Shown here: piece by piece, positions 29,678-40,180 of the stretch
How positions within the stretch are numbered: position 1 is the stretch's first letter
Layout: each line of letters starts with the position of its first letter
Origin: Alcanivorax sp.
GTDB lineage: Bacteria > Pseudomonadota > Gammaproteobacteria > Pseudomonadales > Alcanivoracaceae
Direction: 5' to 3'
DNA: 64,000 bases
NCBI RefSeq assembly: GCF_040119285.1
Contig: NZ_JBEDTY010000039.1
Location: 18,970 to 82,969, forward strand
Made by a program: the position numbers and the translations under genes
The notes under the pieces: model-generated
The model's database searches: none
What the model saw: only the letters and a program-made list of their open reading frames with translations
What the model was told of the DNA's origin: nothing

Positions 29678-31951
29678 TTAGAAGGTCGCTTGCAGACCCA
29701 CCCAGAAGTTACGACGGGCATCCTTGTTGTTGTAGTCATCGTAGTACTCCACCTCATAGCCACCACTACCGTCATCCACGAAGCCCACCTCATAGGTAGT
29801 AAAGTCCTCATCCAGCAGGTTGTTAATCCGGGCATGCAAGGTGACAGATTTGTTGAGCGCCAAACGGGCACCAAGGTGATAAATCTCATAGTCCTTCCAG
29901 TATTCACCACCGCTGGCATCTGTACTGCCAAAGCCCCGGAAGCGATCCTGGCGCCCTTCTACCGTCAGAAACATGGCAAACGCCTGGGTGGTTTGCCAAT
30001 CCAGCGTGCCGTTAAACATATGCCGTGCTGTACCGGTGAGGGGGTAGCCTTTCTCTTCCCCGCTTTTCTGTTCACTGTCGATATAGGTGTAATTGGCACG
30101 TAGCGACCAACGCGGGGAGATCTGGTAGCGCCCTGCCACTTCCACACCTTGAATCACCGCTTCATCCACATTCATTGGCTGGGTAACAATACCGCCCACC
30201 GTGTCATAGTCCCCCAGGTCCACACAGGGCGTTTGCCCACCAGTGGCTGAACACAACGCGCTGTCTTGGCGAACAATCTTGTCTTTAAAGTCGTTATGGA
30301 ACACCGTCAGGTTAGCGCTATGTCGGTTCGGACTTTCCCAATAAAGAGCGATTTCAGAATTGACGCTGGTTTCCGGCTCCAAATCCGGGTTGCCCACCCA
30401 GGGGCGTGTGCCCTGCCCGCCAAAGCCGGTAATGCCGTCGTATAAGTCAGTGGTTTTGGGGGTCTTATAGCCCGTGCTGACACCGCCTTTCACCGTCCAG
30501 CTTGGTGAAAGCGTATAAACACCATAGAGGCGCGGGCTAATCTGATCGCCAAAGGTTTCATGATTGTCGTAACGCACACCCGCTGTCAGCGTAAACGGCT
30601 CCACCGGCGTCCAGTTATCTTCGGCATACAGCGCCCAGAAATTATTCTCAAACACCTCGCCCGCATCACCACTCTCTAGGCCGAACACGCCATCTTCCAA
30701 CTCACCGCGAAGAATCTGGGTACCTACCACCACAAAGTGCTGATCATTGATGGGCAGGTCCAGCTTACCGTCCAGGCGCAGCTCGCTGCTTTCCAGAGTC
30801 CGTTCCGGGCGTGGCAAGAAAGTGGAGCCTAGCACGGCAAGGCAAGCGTCACTGCCGGCATCCGCAACACAATCCGCATTGGTGGCAACGATGTCGTCAT
30901 ATTGCTGACGCTCATCCGCGGTCAGTGGCAAGGTACGCCCTTCATTATTGGTGGCCAAATAGGTCAACGAAACATTGCTGAAACCAAAGCCCCACTCCCC
31001 CTCGTGAGTCAGCGCTATTTGCTCACGGGTGAACTCCTGGTCTTCTGCATAGCCGGCTCGGGGTAACCGATCAGCGCTATCATGGGTGCCCAACTGACTC
31101 TCTGAGTTGTCGTAGGTTTGCACGGAATCATCATAATCCAGCGAGATACGCTGATTATCCGTGGGGGTCCACCGCAAAGTGAAACCCAGAGCCGTGTCCT
31201 CATTGTCTACGGTACGACCACCGCTGCCAAAACCAAGCTCTCTCTCCTGGAGTACCCCACTCGGATCGGTCACCGGATCATATTCCGGGCTGGATGCATC
31301 CTGGTCGTAGAGACTGCCTCGCAACGCCAGGCCAAACTGATCGCCCAACGGGCCAGACACGGAGAAATCCGTTGAGGTCGCATCACCGTACTGGTCATAT
31401 TCCTGAATAGTGCGACTCACGTTGATGCTGCCGCCCCATTTTTCGTACTCTTTTTTGGTGATGATATTAATCACCCCACCAATGGCATCCGCGCCATAAA
31501 GAGTGGACGCCGGCCCACGGATAACTTCGATGCGTTCAATGGCTTCTAGCGGCGGCATATGATTAAACTGGTTGCCGCCAAAATTGTTGGGGTAGATATC
31601 ACCGTGATTATTTTGCCGACGGCCATCAATGAGGATTAGCGTATAGTCCGCCCCCATGCCCCGCATGGAGATGGTGGACTGGCCAGTCTTGTCACGGGTT
31701 TCCCCCACATCGACCCCTTCCAGCTCACGCACCGCATCCACCACGGAGGTGAAAGGCCGGCTATGCAGTTCCTGTTGGCTAATTACCGAAATACTGGCTG
31801 GAGCAGCGGTAATTTTCTGCTCGAAACCAGCGGCAGAAATTACCGTGACCGCACCCAGTTCATGGGCCGTATCCTCCTGCGCAACCGCCGGTAAAGCTAG
31901 GCCGTTAGCCACAACACCTGCCAGAATTGGCATCCCCAAAGACCGCTTCAT
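29678..31951 (-). CDS. TonB-dependent receptor
   Basis: 757 aa with signal peptide ...ALPAVAQ, a plug (ISVISQQELHSRPFTSVVDAVREL; IEVIRGPASTLYGADAIGGVINII) and a barrel ending in the terminal ...GLQATF. Confidence 0.9.
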   Translation of the reverse strand: MKRSLGMPILAGVVANGLALPAVAQEDTAHELGAVTVISAAGFEQKITAAPASISVISQQELHSRPFTSVVDAVRELEGVDVGETRDKTGQSTISMRGMGADYTLILIDGRRQNNHGDIYPNNFGGNQFNHMPPLEAIERIEVIRGPASTLYGADAIGGVINIITKKEYEKWGGSINVSRTIQEYDQYGDATSTDFSVSGPLGDQFGLALRGSLYDQDASSPEYDPVTDPSGVLQERELGFGSGGRTVDNEDTALGFTLRWTPTDNQRISLDYDDSVQTYDNSESQLGTHDSADRLPRAGYAEDQEFTREQIALTHEGEWGFGFSNVSLTYLATNNEGRTLPLTADERQQYDDIVATNADCVADAGSDACLAVLGSTFLPRPERTLESSELRLDGKLDLPINDQHFVVVGTQILRGELEDGVFGLESGDAGEVFENNFWALYAEDNWTPVEPFTLTAGVRYDNHETFGDQISPRLYGVYTLSPSWTVKGGVSTGYKTPKTTDLYDGITGFGGQGTRPWVGNPDLEPETSVNSEIALYWESPNRHSANLTVFHNDFKDKIVRQDSALCSATGGQTPCVDLGDYDTVGGIVTQPMNVDEAVIQGVEVAGRYQISPRWSLRANYTYIDSEQKSGEEKGYPLTGTARHMFNGTLDWQTTQAFAMFLTVEGRQDRFRGFGSTDASGGEYWKDYEIYHLGARLALNKSVTLHARINNLLDEDFTTYEVGFVDDGSGGYEVEYYDDYNNKDARRNFWVGLQATF

Positions 31952-32004
31952 CCTCTACCCCCACATTGCCTATCAATCAAAACGGGGGAGAGTATTCCCT
32001 AAAC

Positions 32005-32037
32005 AATAACCATTATCAAATGAGAACAATATTCATT
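32005..32037 (-). promoter_or_regulatory. Fur-box-like region upstream of the TonB-dependent receptor
   Basis: aataaccattatc matches 11 of 13 positions of GATAATCATTATC. The overlapping tcaaatgagaacaatattc matches 11 of 19. Lies 55-85 nt upstream of the start at 31951. Confidence 0.45.
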
Positions 32038-32136
32038 TTGTAATCTTTGTAAGGCCTTCTACGATTGTCGATGAACGTGAGGAGCAGTAGCCGTGGGCCT
32101 TACGAACCCTACCTTGCGATACGCTCCGGCAGGGCA

Positions 32137-33633
32137 TTACATCGGCACCTTGTTGAACCACGGTGCCGCCTCTTCCAGTTGCGCCGCCAGAGCCAGCAGC
32201 TTGCCTTCATCCCCATGGCCACCAACAAACTGGGAACCCAGCGGCAGGCCCATGTTTCCTGAAGAAGAATCACACCAGTGCAGTGGCACCGACATGGCAG
32301 GCACACCAATGACATTGGCAAACTGGGTGAACGGCATGTATTTGAAGTTTTCTATGGCCACCTGCTCAATCATGCCGGTTTTCATCAACAGCTTTTCCCC
32401 GCCTACCTTGAGTAACACCTTCAGAGCGGTCTGTTGCCACGGCGGTGTCGTCATAGCGCCGATGCCGACCGGGGGTGACGCCAGAGTAGGGGTCAACCAG
32501 AAATCGTACTGTTCCAGGAAAGCATCCATGGCGATCATGTATAGCTGCCAACGGGTCTGGCACTTCACATATTCATGGGCCGGGGTAGCACGGCCAAAAG
32601 CGGCAATGGCCAGAGTGTCCAGCTCAAAGCCCTCATCACCGCAACCGGTAATAGTCTTCACCTCATCCACTTCGGCAGCACACTGGCCAAACCAAACCGA
32701 CAGCCAATCCATGCACATCTGTTTGGCGTCCATCTGCGGCTCGGCCTCTTCCACTTCGTGGCCCAAGTCCCGTAACAACGCCACGGTTTTCTCCACCGCC
32801 CGGATCGCCTCTGAATCCACATCGGTGCCTAGCGGCGAGCGAGTCGAAAAGCCAATACGCAGCTTGCCGGGGCGACTGGCCGCAGACAGGGCGTAAGCCT
32901 GCTCCGGCGGAGCAATCTGAAACAGGCTGCCACGCTCGTCACCCTGGGTAATATCCAGCAGCAACGCACTGTCACGGACGCTACGGGTCAGCACGTGGTT
33001 TACCGCTATTCCATGCATGGCCTCAGTAAATTCCGGCCCCCAGGGGGTGCGCCCACGGCCCGGCTTGAGCCCGAACAGCCCACAACAGGCAGCGGGAATC
33101 CGAATACTGCCGCCGCCATCATTGGCGCCGGCTACCGGCACCACACCCGCAGCCACCATGGCTGCCGAGCCCCCGGACGAGCCACCGGGAGTGTGATCCA
33201 GGTTCCAGGGGTTACGCGCCGGCCCGAACGAATCCGGCTCGGTAACGCCCTTGGCGCCAAATTCCGGTGTATTGGTGCGGCCGAACGGTACCAGCCCGCC
33301 CTGTTTCCAGCGTGCCACCAGGGTAGAATCTCTTTGCGCATGGACATCACGGGCCTTGCGCGCTTTATTGCCCTGATAGTTGGGCGCACCGCCTATTTCC
33401 TGAAAAAGATCTTTTACCAGCATGGGCACACCCGCCAGCGGTCCACTCAAGGGCCCCGCGGCCTGTTTTCGGGCCATGTCGTACAACGGAATAATCAAAC
33501 CATTTAATTGCGGGTTCACCGCGTCGGCACGGGCAATCGCCAGCTCCAGTAATTCCATCGCCGTGACCTCCCCCCGCGCCACCAGCTCGGCAAGCCCGAT
33601 GGCATCAAACTGGCGGTATTCTGCAAACTTCAT
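32137..33633 (-). CDS. amidase (amidase-signature family)
   Basis: 498 aa with the AS motif GGSSGGSAAMVAAG and a Ser-cisSer-Lys context. Confidence 0.9.
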   Translation of the reverse strand: MKFAEYRQFDAIGLAELVARGEVTAMELLELAIARADAVNPQLNGLIIPLYDMARKQAAGPLSGPLAGVPMLVKDLFQEIGGAPNYQGNKARKARDVHAQRDSTLVARWKQGGLVPFGRTNTPEFGAKGVTEPDSFGPARNPWNLDHTPGGSSGGSAAMVAAGVVPVAGANDGGGSIRIPAACCGLFGLKPGRGRTPWGPEFTEAMHGIAVNHVLTRSVRDSALLLDITQGDERGSLFQIAPPEQAYALSAASRPGKLRIGFSTRSPLGTDVDSEAIRAVEKTVALLRDLGHEVEEAEPQMDAKQMCMDWLSVWFGQCAAEVDEVKTITGCGDEGFELDTLAIAAFGRATPAHEYVKCQTRWQLYMIAMDAFLEQYDFWLTPTLASPPVGIGAMTTPPWQQTALKVLLKVGGEKLLMKTGMIEQVAIENFKYMPFTQFANVIGVPAMSVPLHWCDSSSGNMGLPLGSQFVGGHGDEGKLLALAAQLEEAAPWFNKVPM

Positions 33634-33783
33634 TGTGCTCTCCCTTTTGCTATCCCGAAGCGCAGGAATGGCCTGCTACCAGACGATCAAACCATACTGT
33701 GGCATAGTCTGCGCAGCCAAGTATGCTTAATCATTGTGACCAGCACTTGAAAGAATACGTTAGCGATCCACGAGGGAGCCAGA

Positions 33784-34794
33784 ATGAAAGCCATTGGATT
33801 CAATCGACCCAGAGCCATAGAAGATGTACACGCCCTGGAGGACATCCAGCTGGATCTTCCCTCTCCTAGTCCCCGGGACCTACTGGTGGCCGTACACGCT
33901 ATCTCGGTCAACCCCATTGATACCAAGCTTCGCCAACGCCCCCTGGATCAGCCTGGTTACCGAGTACTGGGGTTTGATGCTGCCGGCGTGGTGGAAGCGG
34001 TGGGCGGGGAAGTGGAAAACTTCAACGTGGGCGACCGGGTCTGGTATGCCGGCGCCGTGCAACGCCAGGGCAGCAATGCGCAGTACCAGTGCGTTGATGA
34101 ACGGCTAGTGGCAAAAAAACCGAATAGCCTGGGCATGCAGGAAGCGGCTGCGCTCCCCCTCACAACCTTAACCGCCTGGGAGGCACTGGAAGATCAACTC
34201 GGTTTTCGACCCGGAGAGTGTGAGGGAAAAAGTGTGCTGGTGATTGGTGGCGCAGGGGGTGTGGGATCCATCGCTATCCAACTAGCCGCCCACTATTTTG
34301 GTCTTAAGGTGATCACCACTGCGGGTCGCGAAACCTCTGCAAACTGGTGCCAAAGCCTCGGCGCCCATCATATCGTGGACTACCGCAAGCCATTGCTACC
34401 GCAGCTGGAGGCCATTGGTTGCCCGCAGATTGACGGCATCTTCATCACCCAAAATCTGGACGACTATTGGGCCACTGCCTGCCAAGCCGTCGCACCGCTG
34501 GGAGGCATCTGCTCCATCGTCGATGCCCGTGCGCCACTGGATCTGAATCCCCTTAAGGCCAAGAGTGCGCGCTTCAGCTGGGAATTCATGTTCACCCGCG
34601 CCATGTTCGCTACCGGCATGCAGCATCAAGGCGACATCCTTACCCGGCTCAGCGAACTGGTGGATCAAGGCACAGTCCAGACCACCGTCAGCGAAGGCCT
34701 GGGCACCATTAATGCCGCCAACCTGAAAGAAGCCCACCGACGGCTGGAGTCCGGCAGCACAGTAGGAAAACTGGTTCTTGCTGGCTGGGACTAA
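33784..34794 (+). CDS. zinc-binding alcohol dehydrogenase / quinone oxidoreductase family protein (MDR)
   Basis: 336 aa with a GroES-like N-domain and a Rossmann motif VLVIGGAGGVGSIAIQLA. Confidence 0.85.
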   Translation: MKAIGFNRPRAIEDVHALEDIQLDLPSPSPRDLLVAVHAISVNPIDTKLRQRPLDQPGYRVLGFDAAGVVEAVGGEVENFNVGDRVWYAGAVQRQGSNAQYQCVDERLVAKKPNSLGMQEAAALPLTTLTAWEALEDQLGFRPGECEGKSVLVIGGAGGVGSIAIQLAAHYFGLKVITTAGRETSANWCQSLGAHHIVDYRKPLLPQLEAIGCPQIDGIFITQNLDDYWATACQAVAPLGGICSIVDARAPLDLNPLKAKSARFSWEFMFTRAMFATGMQHQGDILTRLSELVDQGTVQTTVSEGLGTINAANLKEAHRRLESGSTVGKLVLAGWD

Positions 34795-34887
34795 CCCCGA
34801 TAATGCCTGGGTTGAATGGCTCTGCCACCATCACCAGCGACGAAAGAAACCGTTACAGCCGCATCCATGAGCGCCTTTACTGTGCGA

Positions 34888-35922
34888 TTAACGGCAACCG
34901 CGACCCTCCAGCGGTGCTGACAAGGTAGACAAACACAACCCCGGCGGACGCGACAGGGTGCGAGACAGCAGGGTCGGCCAAGCCTGTGGATGCGTCATCG
35001 GCCGAAGCACCCGGCGGGTGGCCATTAAGGGCTGCCACTCTGCACCTTGGCGGGTGGCCAAAACAAACTGGAATGGATGCAGCCCTGGTAGCCCAAGACG
35101 AATATCCGTGGCCAGCAGCTCATCGCCATGCACCTCTACCGCCACAAAACCTCGGGTAAAGTGCAATAGGGTTTGTCCCGCGGGAAGCACCTCAATCGCC
35201 GCCAGCCGTGACGCATCGCGGGGAAATGATTCCACCTGCAACGGCACATCCTGATCGAGAAGGCCGGTGAGAATTTCCAGCCTCTGTTGCTCACCCAGCA
35301 CGGTGATCCGCCACAGCAAAGTGGAGAACGGCATTGGCTGCACTAATCGTGGCGCCTCTGAAAGTCCGCGATCGGCCAGGGCCGGCATGACTCGCTGGGT
35401 CATCGCATACTGGGCAACCAGGCTCCACACCAGATACAACGAGGACAGCGCCAAGCCGCCGATCAGCACCCGTGCCGACGACGGCTTTGCTATCGCCCAC
35501 AGCACGCCAATCAGCAGCGGCAAGGTATAAAGCGGATCGATAATGAAGACACTACTGATGGCCACCGGCACGCCTAGTGGCCAGAACAATTGCGTGCCAT
35601 AGGTGGTGAAAGCATCCAGCAACGGATGGGTTATCAGGCACAAGCCGGTGAATAACCACCAACGCCATAAAGAAATCCGCGTCTGCCAGCGAGCCAGGCA
35701 GGCGGCCAGCAAAAAAGAGAAGGGCAGCAACACCAACAGGGAATGACTGAAGCCACGATGTTCAGTGAAATTGGCCACCGCATCGCCGTAGTCAATCAAC
35801 ACATCCAGATCGGGCAAGGTCCCAAGCAGCGCACCACCGAGTAAAGCCCAGCGGCCCAGAGGGCGGGAAAGAACGGCGCCGCCCACAGAGGCGCCCAGCA
35901 CGGCCTGTGACAATGAATCCAT
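34888..35922 (-). CDS. membrane-bound metal-dependent hydrolase (YdjM/DUF457-like)
   Basis: 344 aa. The N-terminal MDSLSQAVLGASVGG...LPDLDVL...HRGFSHSLL is typical of the family, and there are multiple TM helices. Confidence 0.7.
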   Translation of the reverse strand: MDSLSQAVLGASVGGAVLSRPLGRWALLGGALLGTLPDLDVLIDYGDAVANFTEHRGFSHSLLVLLPFSFLLAACLARWQTRISLWRWWLFTGLCLITHPLLDAFTTYGTQLFWPLGVPVAISSVFIIDPLYTLPLLIGVLWAIAKPSSARVLIGGLALSSLYLVWSLVAQYAMTQRVMPALADRGLSEAPRLVQPMPFSTLLWRITVLGEQQRLEILTGLLDQDVPLQVESFPRDASRLAAIEVLPAGQTLLHFTRGFVAVEVHGDELLATDIRLGLPGLHPFQFVLATRQGAEWQPLMATRRVLRPMTHPQAWPTLLSRTLSRPPGLCLSTLSAPLEGRGCR

Positions 35923-36012
35923 GAATTACTCAACGCCGCAGACAGGGCGATAGTGTTCGCCCGGCCTGCCAACAGCCCGTCAATACGGCATAAGGCGCCG
36001 CTCCATCACACC

Positions 36013-36585
36013 TTAACCTGCCACACCCCACATACCTTTCAGGCTGTTCAAGGCAGTGGCACCAACGCCTTCCCCATCCAGAAAGCCGAGAATTTTCGGT
36101 GCGAACTGGGAGATCATTTCCGGGCTCAAGCCTAGGGCGCTAAAGGCTGTGGATACGCCCTGCAAGGACGCAATATTACCCAGCATGGAAGACGCCATGC
36201 CATCGCCGCCACCCAGCAGCGAATCCAAACCGGGCACCTTGTTCATGATGCCGCTGAACTGATCACCAGACAGGTTGTTCTGGGCCATAGCCAGTAAGGC
36301 ACCGGCACCGCCTGCCGCCTGTTGCTGCGTGACACCCAGGTCGGTTGAGAGAGAATCCACTAATGCCTTGGCTTCACCGGTCACTGCCATCTGACTGTTG
36401 GCGCTATCCATGGCACCGGTGGCCGCTTCGTTGGCCTGATTCACGCTGGAGTTGGCCTTGTTAGAGGCGTCGGTCACGGCCTTGTTCGCCGAGTCAGTCA
36501 TGGACTTCAGATCAAACGCCTGGGCCGGCGCACTCAAAACCAAACACAAAGAGGCCCCCATCAGGCCAAAACGGAAAGCATTCAT
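36013..36585 (-). CDS. secreted DUF2780-like protein
   Basis: 190 aa with a signal peptide ...LSAPAQA. The segment LGVTQQQAAGGAGALLAMAQNNLSGDQFSGIMNKVPGLDSLLG resembles DUF2780 (from memory). Confidence 0.6.
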   Translation of the reverse strand: MNAFRFGLMGASLCLVLSAPAQAFDLKSMTDSANKAVTDASNKANSSVNQANEAATGAMDSANSQMAVTGEAKALVDSLSTDLGVTQQQAAGGAGALLAMAQNNLSGDQFSGIMNKVPGLDSLLGGGDGMASSMLGNIASLQGVSTAFSALGLSPEMISQFAPKILGFLDGEGVGATALNSLKGMWGVAG

Positions 36586-36770
36586 CGTTACTCCTTAATT
36601 ATCATCAATCGTCTCTACTCAGAGAGGAACAGTATGGCAAACCTTACCCATGCAAAAAGGCGAGGGCCATCACTTTGTGCCAGGGCTTCTGCGCTTATCT
36701 CTGCCGCTACAGCGCCTACAGCATAATCATCGTCCCGGCCTCACAGGTAGCTCCATGGCTACTTTGATTC

Positions 36771-36789
36771 AAAAATAGAAACCATTATC
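36771..36789 (+). promoter_or_regulatory. Fur-box-like site in the divergent DUF2780 / receptor promoter region
   Basis: aaaaatagaaaccattatc matches 12 of 19 positions of the Fur consensus. A weaker second site is cagcataatcatcgtc at about 36719-36734. Confidence 0.4.
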
Positions 36790-36894
36790 ATTTGCGTTAA
36801 GTGATTCTCGCCAGGCTCCCCCAGCCATCACCTTCCCGATGTCCGTACACCCTGCGTGCATCGCTACTGCATACTATTCATTCCCGGGGGAACC

Positions 36895-39081
36895 ATGCTT
36901 GATTTCCGTTTTTCCGCCCTGGCCAGCCTTATGCTGGCATCCGGCGCGGCATATTCCGACACCACAACCGATAGCGAGGCACATACACTAGGCAATATCC
37001 ATGTCACCACCAGTGGCATGGATAAGCATGATGCCAGTATGACCACCGAAGGCACCGATCGATATGGCACCAACGCCACCAATACCGCGACCCGCATGGT
37101 GCTGTCACCCCGTGAAACACCGCAATCCGTTTCCGTGATAACCCGCCAGCAAATGGACGACTTCAACCTCAACAGTGTGGCGGATGTCATGCGACGTACC
37201 CCGGGGGTGACCGTAAAAACACAGGACACAGAACGCCTGCAACTGTCTGCCCGTGGCTTTGACATCACCAATTTCCTCTATGACGGTATTCCCTCCACGC
37301 GGGCCGGCCAGGCGAAACAAGCCGTCCTTTCCGATACGTTCATCTACGACCGCATCGAAGTATTGCGCGGCGCCAGCGGGCTGCTCAACGGCATTGGCGA
37401 GCCCTCTGCCACCGTGAACCTGGTGCGCAAAAAACCTACCCGTGATTTTACTGGCCAAGTGGGTGTGGAGCTAAACAGCTGGGATGGTTATCGCGGAGAA
37501 TTCGATGCCAGCGGGTCACTGTCCAACAATGGCCGGGTTCGGGGCCGCTTCGTCAGCGCCTACGAACAGGGCGACTCTTTTTTGGATCACTACGAAAACG
37601 ACAAACAGATCTTCTATGGGGTGGTCGAAGCTGACCTGTTCGATAACACCTTGCTCACCGTGGGCATGGACTACATGGATCATGACCCCAAGGGCTCCAC
37701 CTGGGGCGGCATCCCGCTGTTCTACAGCGACGGCGGCATCGCCGACCTGGACCGCGACCTGAACCCGGCCACCGACTGGAGCCGTTGGGCCCGGGATACC
37801 CAGACGATTTTCCTGAACCTGGAGCACCATTTCGAAAACGGCTGGTACAGCAAGTTTGCCTACAATAATCAGCAGAGCAACTACGACGCTCAGCTAGCCT
37901 CCGCCGGTGGCGGCCAGCTTAATCGCGATGGCAGCGGCAAGACACTATGGGCCGGACGCTATGTAGAAGACAAAACCCAGGACACTTTCGATGTCTACGC
38001 CAACGGTCCCTTCGCACTGTTTGGCCGCCAACATGAACTGGTGGTGGGTGCCAGTTATTCGGACGCCGAGCGTGATTACACCGGCCAGTCACCGGTTAGT
38101 ATCAATAACGTGGTACCGGACCTGCTTAATTGGAATGGCGACATTCCAAAACCGGCCTGGGCCGCGCCTACCACCGTGGAGGACCAGAGCAGCAGCCAAA
38201 CAAGCCTGTACGCCACCGCCCGCTTCAAACCCACTGATCGTCTTGCCGTTATTGCCGGCGGGCAAGTTGTGGACTGGAGACAAGAAACCACAGGCTTTAA
38301 CGGGCGAGGCCCGATTGACGGCGAATCCTATCAGGAAAATGGCGAAGTGGTTCCCTACCTGGGGGTGGTCTATGACCTAACCGATCACCACTCGGTGTAC
38401 GCCAGCTACACCCGCATCTTTCAACCGCAAACCGTGCGCGACATCAACAATCAAATTCTGGCCCCGGAAGAAGGCAACAGCTACGAAGCCGGCCTGAAGA
38501 GTGAGCTCAATGAGGGCCGCCTAAACACCACCGTCGCGGTGTTTCGTATCAATCAGGATAACCTGGCCGAATCCACCGGCCAGCCCATTCCCGGCGGGCC
38601 AGCCAACGCCGAGGCCTACCGCGCCGTGGATGGCGCCGAAACCAATGGCGTTGAGCTGGAAGCAGCCGGCGAGATTCTGGCTGGCTGGCAGGTACAGGCA
38701 GGCTACACCTACCGCATTACCGAAGACCCGGATGGCGACGAGCTGAACACCACCTCACCGGAAGACATGATTCGTCTGTCCACCCAGTACCGTTTCCGCG
38801 GTGCCCTGAACGGCCTGGCTATCGGCACGGCGGTATCTTGGCAGAACAAAACCTATGCGTTCGTAACCCGCCCCGGGGCCAGCGCCGACTACAAGTTCGT
38901 TCAGGAAAGCTACACGCTGGTGGATTTGATGGCCCGCTACCAAGTCACCGCCGCCTTGTCCGTGGGCGCTAACGTGAGCAATCTGACGGACGAAAAGTAC
39001 TTCAATAACCTGGGGTTTTATAACGGGGGTTACTACGGAGATGCTCGCAAATACAGCCTGAACATGGACTATCGATTCTGA
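36895..39081 (+). CDS. TonB-dependent siderophore receptor
   Basis: ORF 36856..39081 trimmed to ATG 36895 (MLDFRFSALASLMLASGAAYS). Plug motifs SVITRQQMDDFNLNSVADVMR and IEVLRGASGLLNG. C-terminal ...NMDYRF. Confidence 0.9.
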   Translation: MLDFRFSALASLMLASGAAYSDTTTDSEAHTLGNIHVTTSGMDKHDASMTTEGTDRYGTNATNTATRMVLSPRETPQSVSVITRQQMDDFNLNSVADVMRRTPGVTVKTQDTERLQLSARGFDITNFLYDGIPSTRAGQAKQAVLSDTFIYDRIEVLRGASGLLNGIGEPSATVNLVRKKPTRDFTGQVGVELNSWDGYRGEFDASGSLSNNGRVRGRFVSAYEQGDSFLDHYENDKQIFYGVVEADLFDNTLLTVGMDYMDHDPKGSTWGGIPLFYSDGGIADLDRDLNPATDWSRWARDTQTIFLNLEHHFENGWYSKFAYNNQQSNYDAQLASAGGGQLNRDGSGKTLWAGRYVEDKTQDTFDVYANGPFALFGRQHELVVGASYSDAERDYTGQSPVSINNVVPDLLNWNGDIPKPAWAAPTTVEDQSSSQTSLYATARFKPTDRLAVIAGGQVVDWRQETTGFNGRGPIDGESYQENGEVVPYLGVVYDLTDHHSVYASYTRIFQPQTVRDINNQILAPEEGNSYEAGLKSELNEGRLNTTVAVFRINQDNLAESTGQPIPGGPANAEAYRAVDGAETNGVELEAAGEILAGWQVQAGYTYRITEDPDGDELNTTSPEDMIRLSTQYRFRGALNGLAIGTAVSWQNKTYAFVTRPGASADYKFVQESYTLVDLMARYQVTAALSVGANVSNLTDEKYFNNLGFYNGGYYGDARKYSLNMDYRF

Positions 39082-39095
39082 TTGTCACGCGGGTA

Positions 39096-39127
39096 AAGCG
39101 CCCCGGATGGAGTACGCCGGGGCGCTT
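39096..39127. terminator. hairpin between convergent genes, probable bidirectional terminator
   Basis: 11-bp stem aagcgccccgg / ccggggcgctt with a 10-nt loop. Lies in the 50-bp gap between the receptor gene and the cvfB-like gene. Confidence 0.55.
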
Positions 39128-39131
39128 ACCG

Positions 39132-39980
39132 CTATTCGCCTTCAGGAAAGAAGATACGTTCTTTTTCAATGACAATCCGGCGGGCCTTGTAGAGGCCGCC
39201 AATGGCTTGCTTGAAGGCATTCTTGCTGCAACGGAAGGTCTGAAAAATGACTTCCGGCGAACTCTTGTCTCCCAGTGGCAACTCGCCGCCGGCGTTTTCC
39301 AGCGCCGCCAGAATCTGTTCCGTTAGCCCATCACTCTTGGCCGCCCCCGGCGCATTCAGGGAAAGGCTCAGTTTCTGATCCTCACGCAAACGCTGCACAT
39401 AGCCGGTCACCCGCTGGCCCGGACGCAGCGGGGCGCGTAACTCGCTGGCCGCAATCATCCCCCAGGCATGATTATCCACCACCACCTTGTAACCCAGATC
39501 GGTGCTGTGCGCCGCCACCAGCGACACCTCATCACCCTGCTGATACGCCTGGCAGGTATCTGACAGGAAACGGTCCAGTTGGGCGCTGACCATCAGTCGT
39601 CCTTCCCGGTCCGTGGTCAACATCACCAACACCCAGCTTTCTTCTCGCACCGGCCCTTTCTGTTCGGCAAACGGCAGCAGCAAATCCTTGGGCATGCCCC
39701 AATCGACAAACGCACCGACCTTGCTGGTGGACACCACTTTCAATAACGCCACCTGGCCAAGCTGTATTCTCGGGGTCCGCAAGCTCGCCATGGGGCGCGC
39801 GTCACCGTCGCTGTACAGCGTCACCATGACACTGTCGCCGGGAGCCAGAGACTGGTTTTCCACTTCCCGGGACGGCAGCAGCACCTCGCCCAACTCGCCG
39901 CCATCGAGCAGCAAACCGTTACGGATGACCTTTAGAATTTCAAGGGAATGGCGGGTGCCCAGTTTAGGGGTTACGGTCAT
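39132..39980 (-). CDS. S1-like RNA-binding domain protein (CvfB/YitL family)
   Basis: 282 aa with repeated S1-like modules (GAFVDWGMPKDLLLP) and a C-terminal winged-helix-like tail. Confidence 0.7.
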   Translation of the reverse strand: MTVTPKLGTRHSLEILKVIRNGLLLDGGELGEVLLPSREVENQSLAPGDSVMVTLYSDGDARPMASLRTPRIQLGQVALLKVVSTSKVGAFVDWGMPKDLLLPFAEQKGPVREESWVLVMLTTDREGRLMVSAQLDRFLSDTCQAYQQGDEVSLVAAHSTDLGYKVVVDNHAWGMIAASELRAPLRPGQRVTGYVQRLREDQKLSLSLNAPGAAKSDGLTEQILAALENAGGELPLGDKSSPEVIFQTFRCSKNAFKQAIGGLYKARRIVIEKERIFFPEGE

Positions 39981-40180
39981 GGCTCTGGCCTGCTTGGTTG
40001 TAAACGTGATGGGAAGAATCTGTGGGGGCCTGCGTAGGGCGTTATTCGCTGCGCTCAGCCTTCGGGCCGCACGGAACTACGTGCGGCATCTTCACTTGGC
40101 AAGGTTAGCCCTCTCCCCCTCGATTTCGTAAAAACAATGGATAGAGGGAGCCCTGTTGCTTGTAGCCGGTACCGGGCGCC

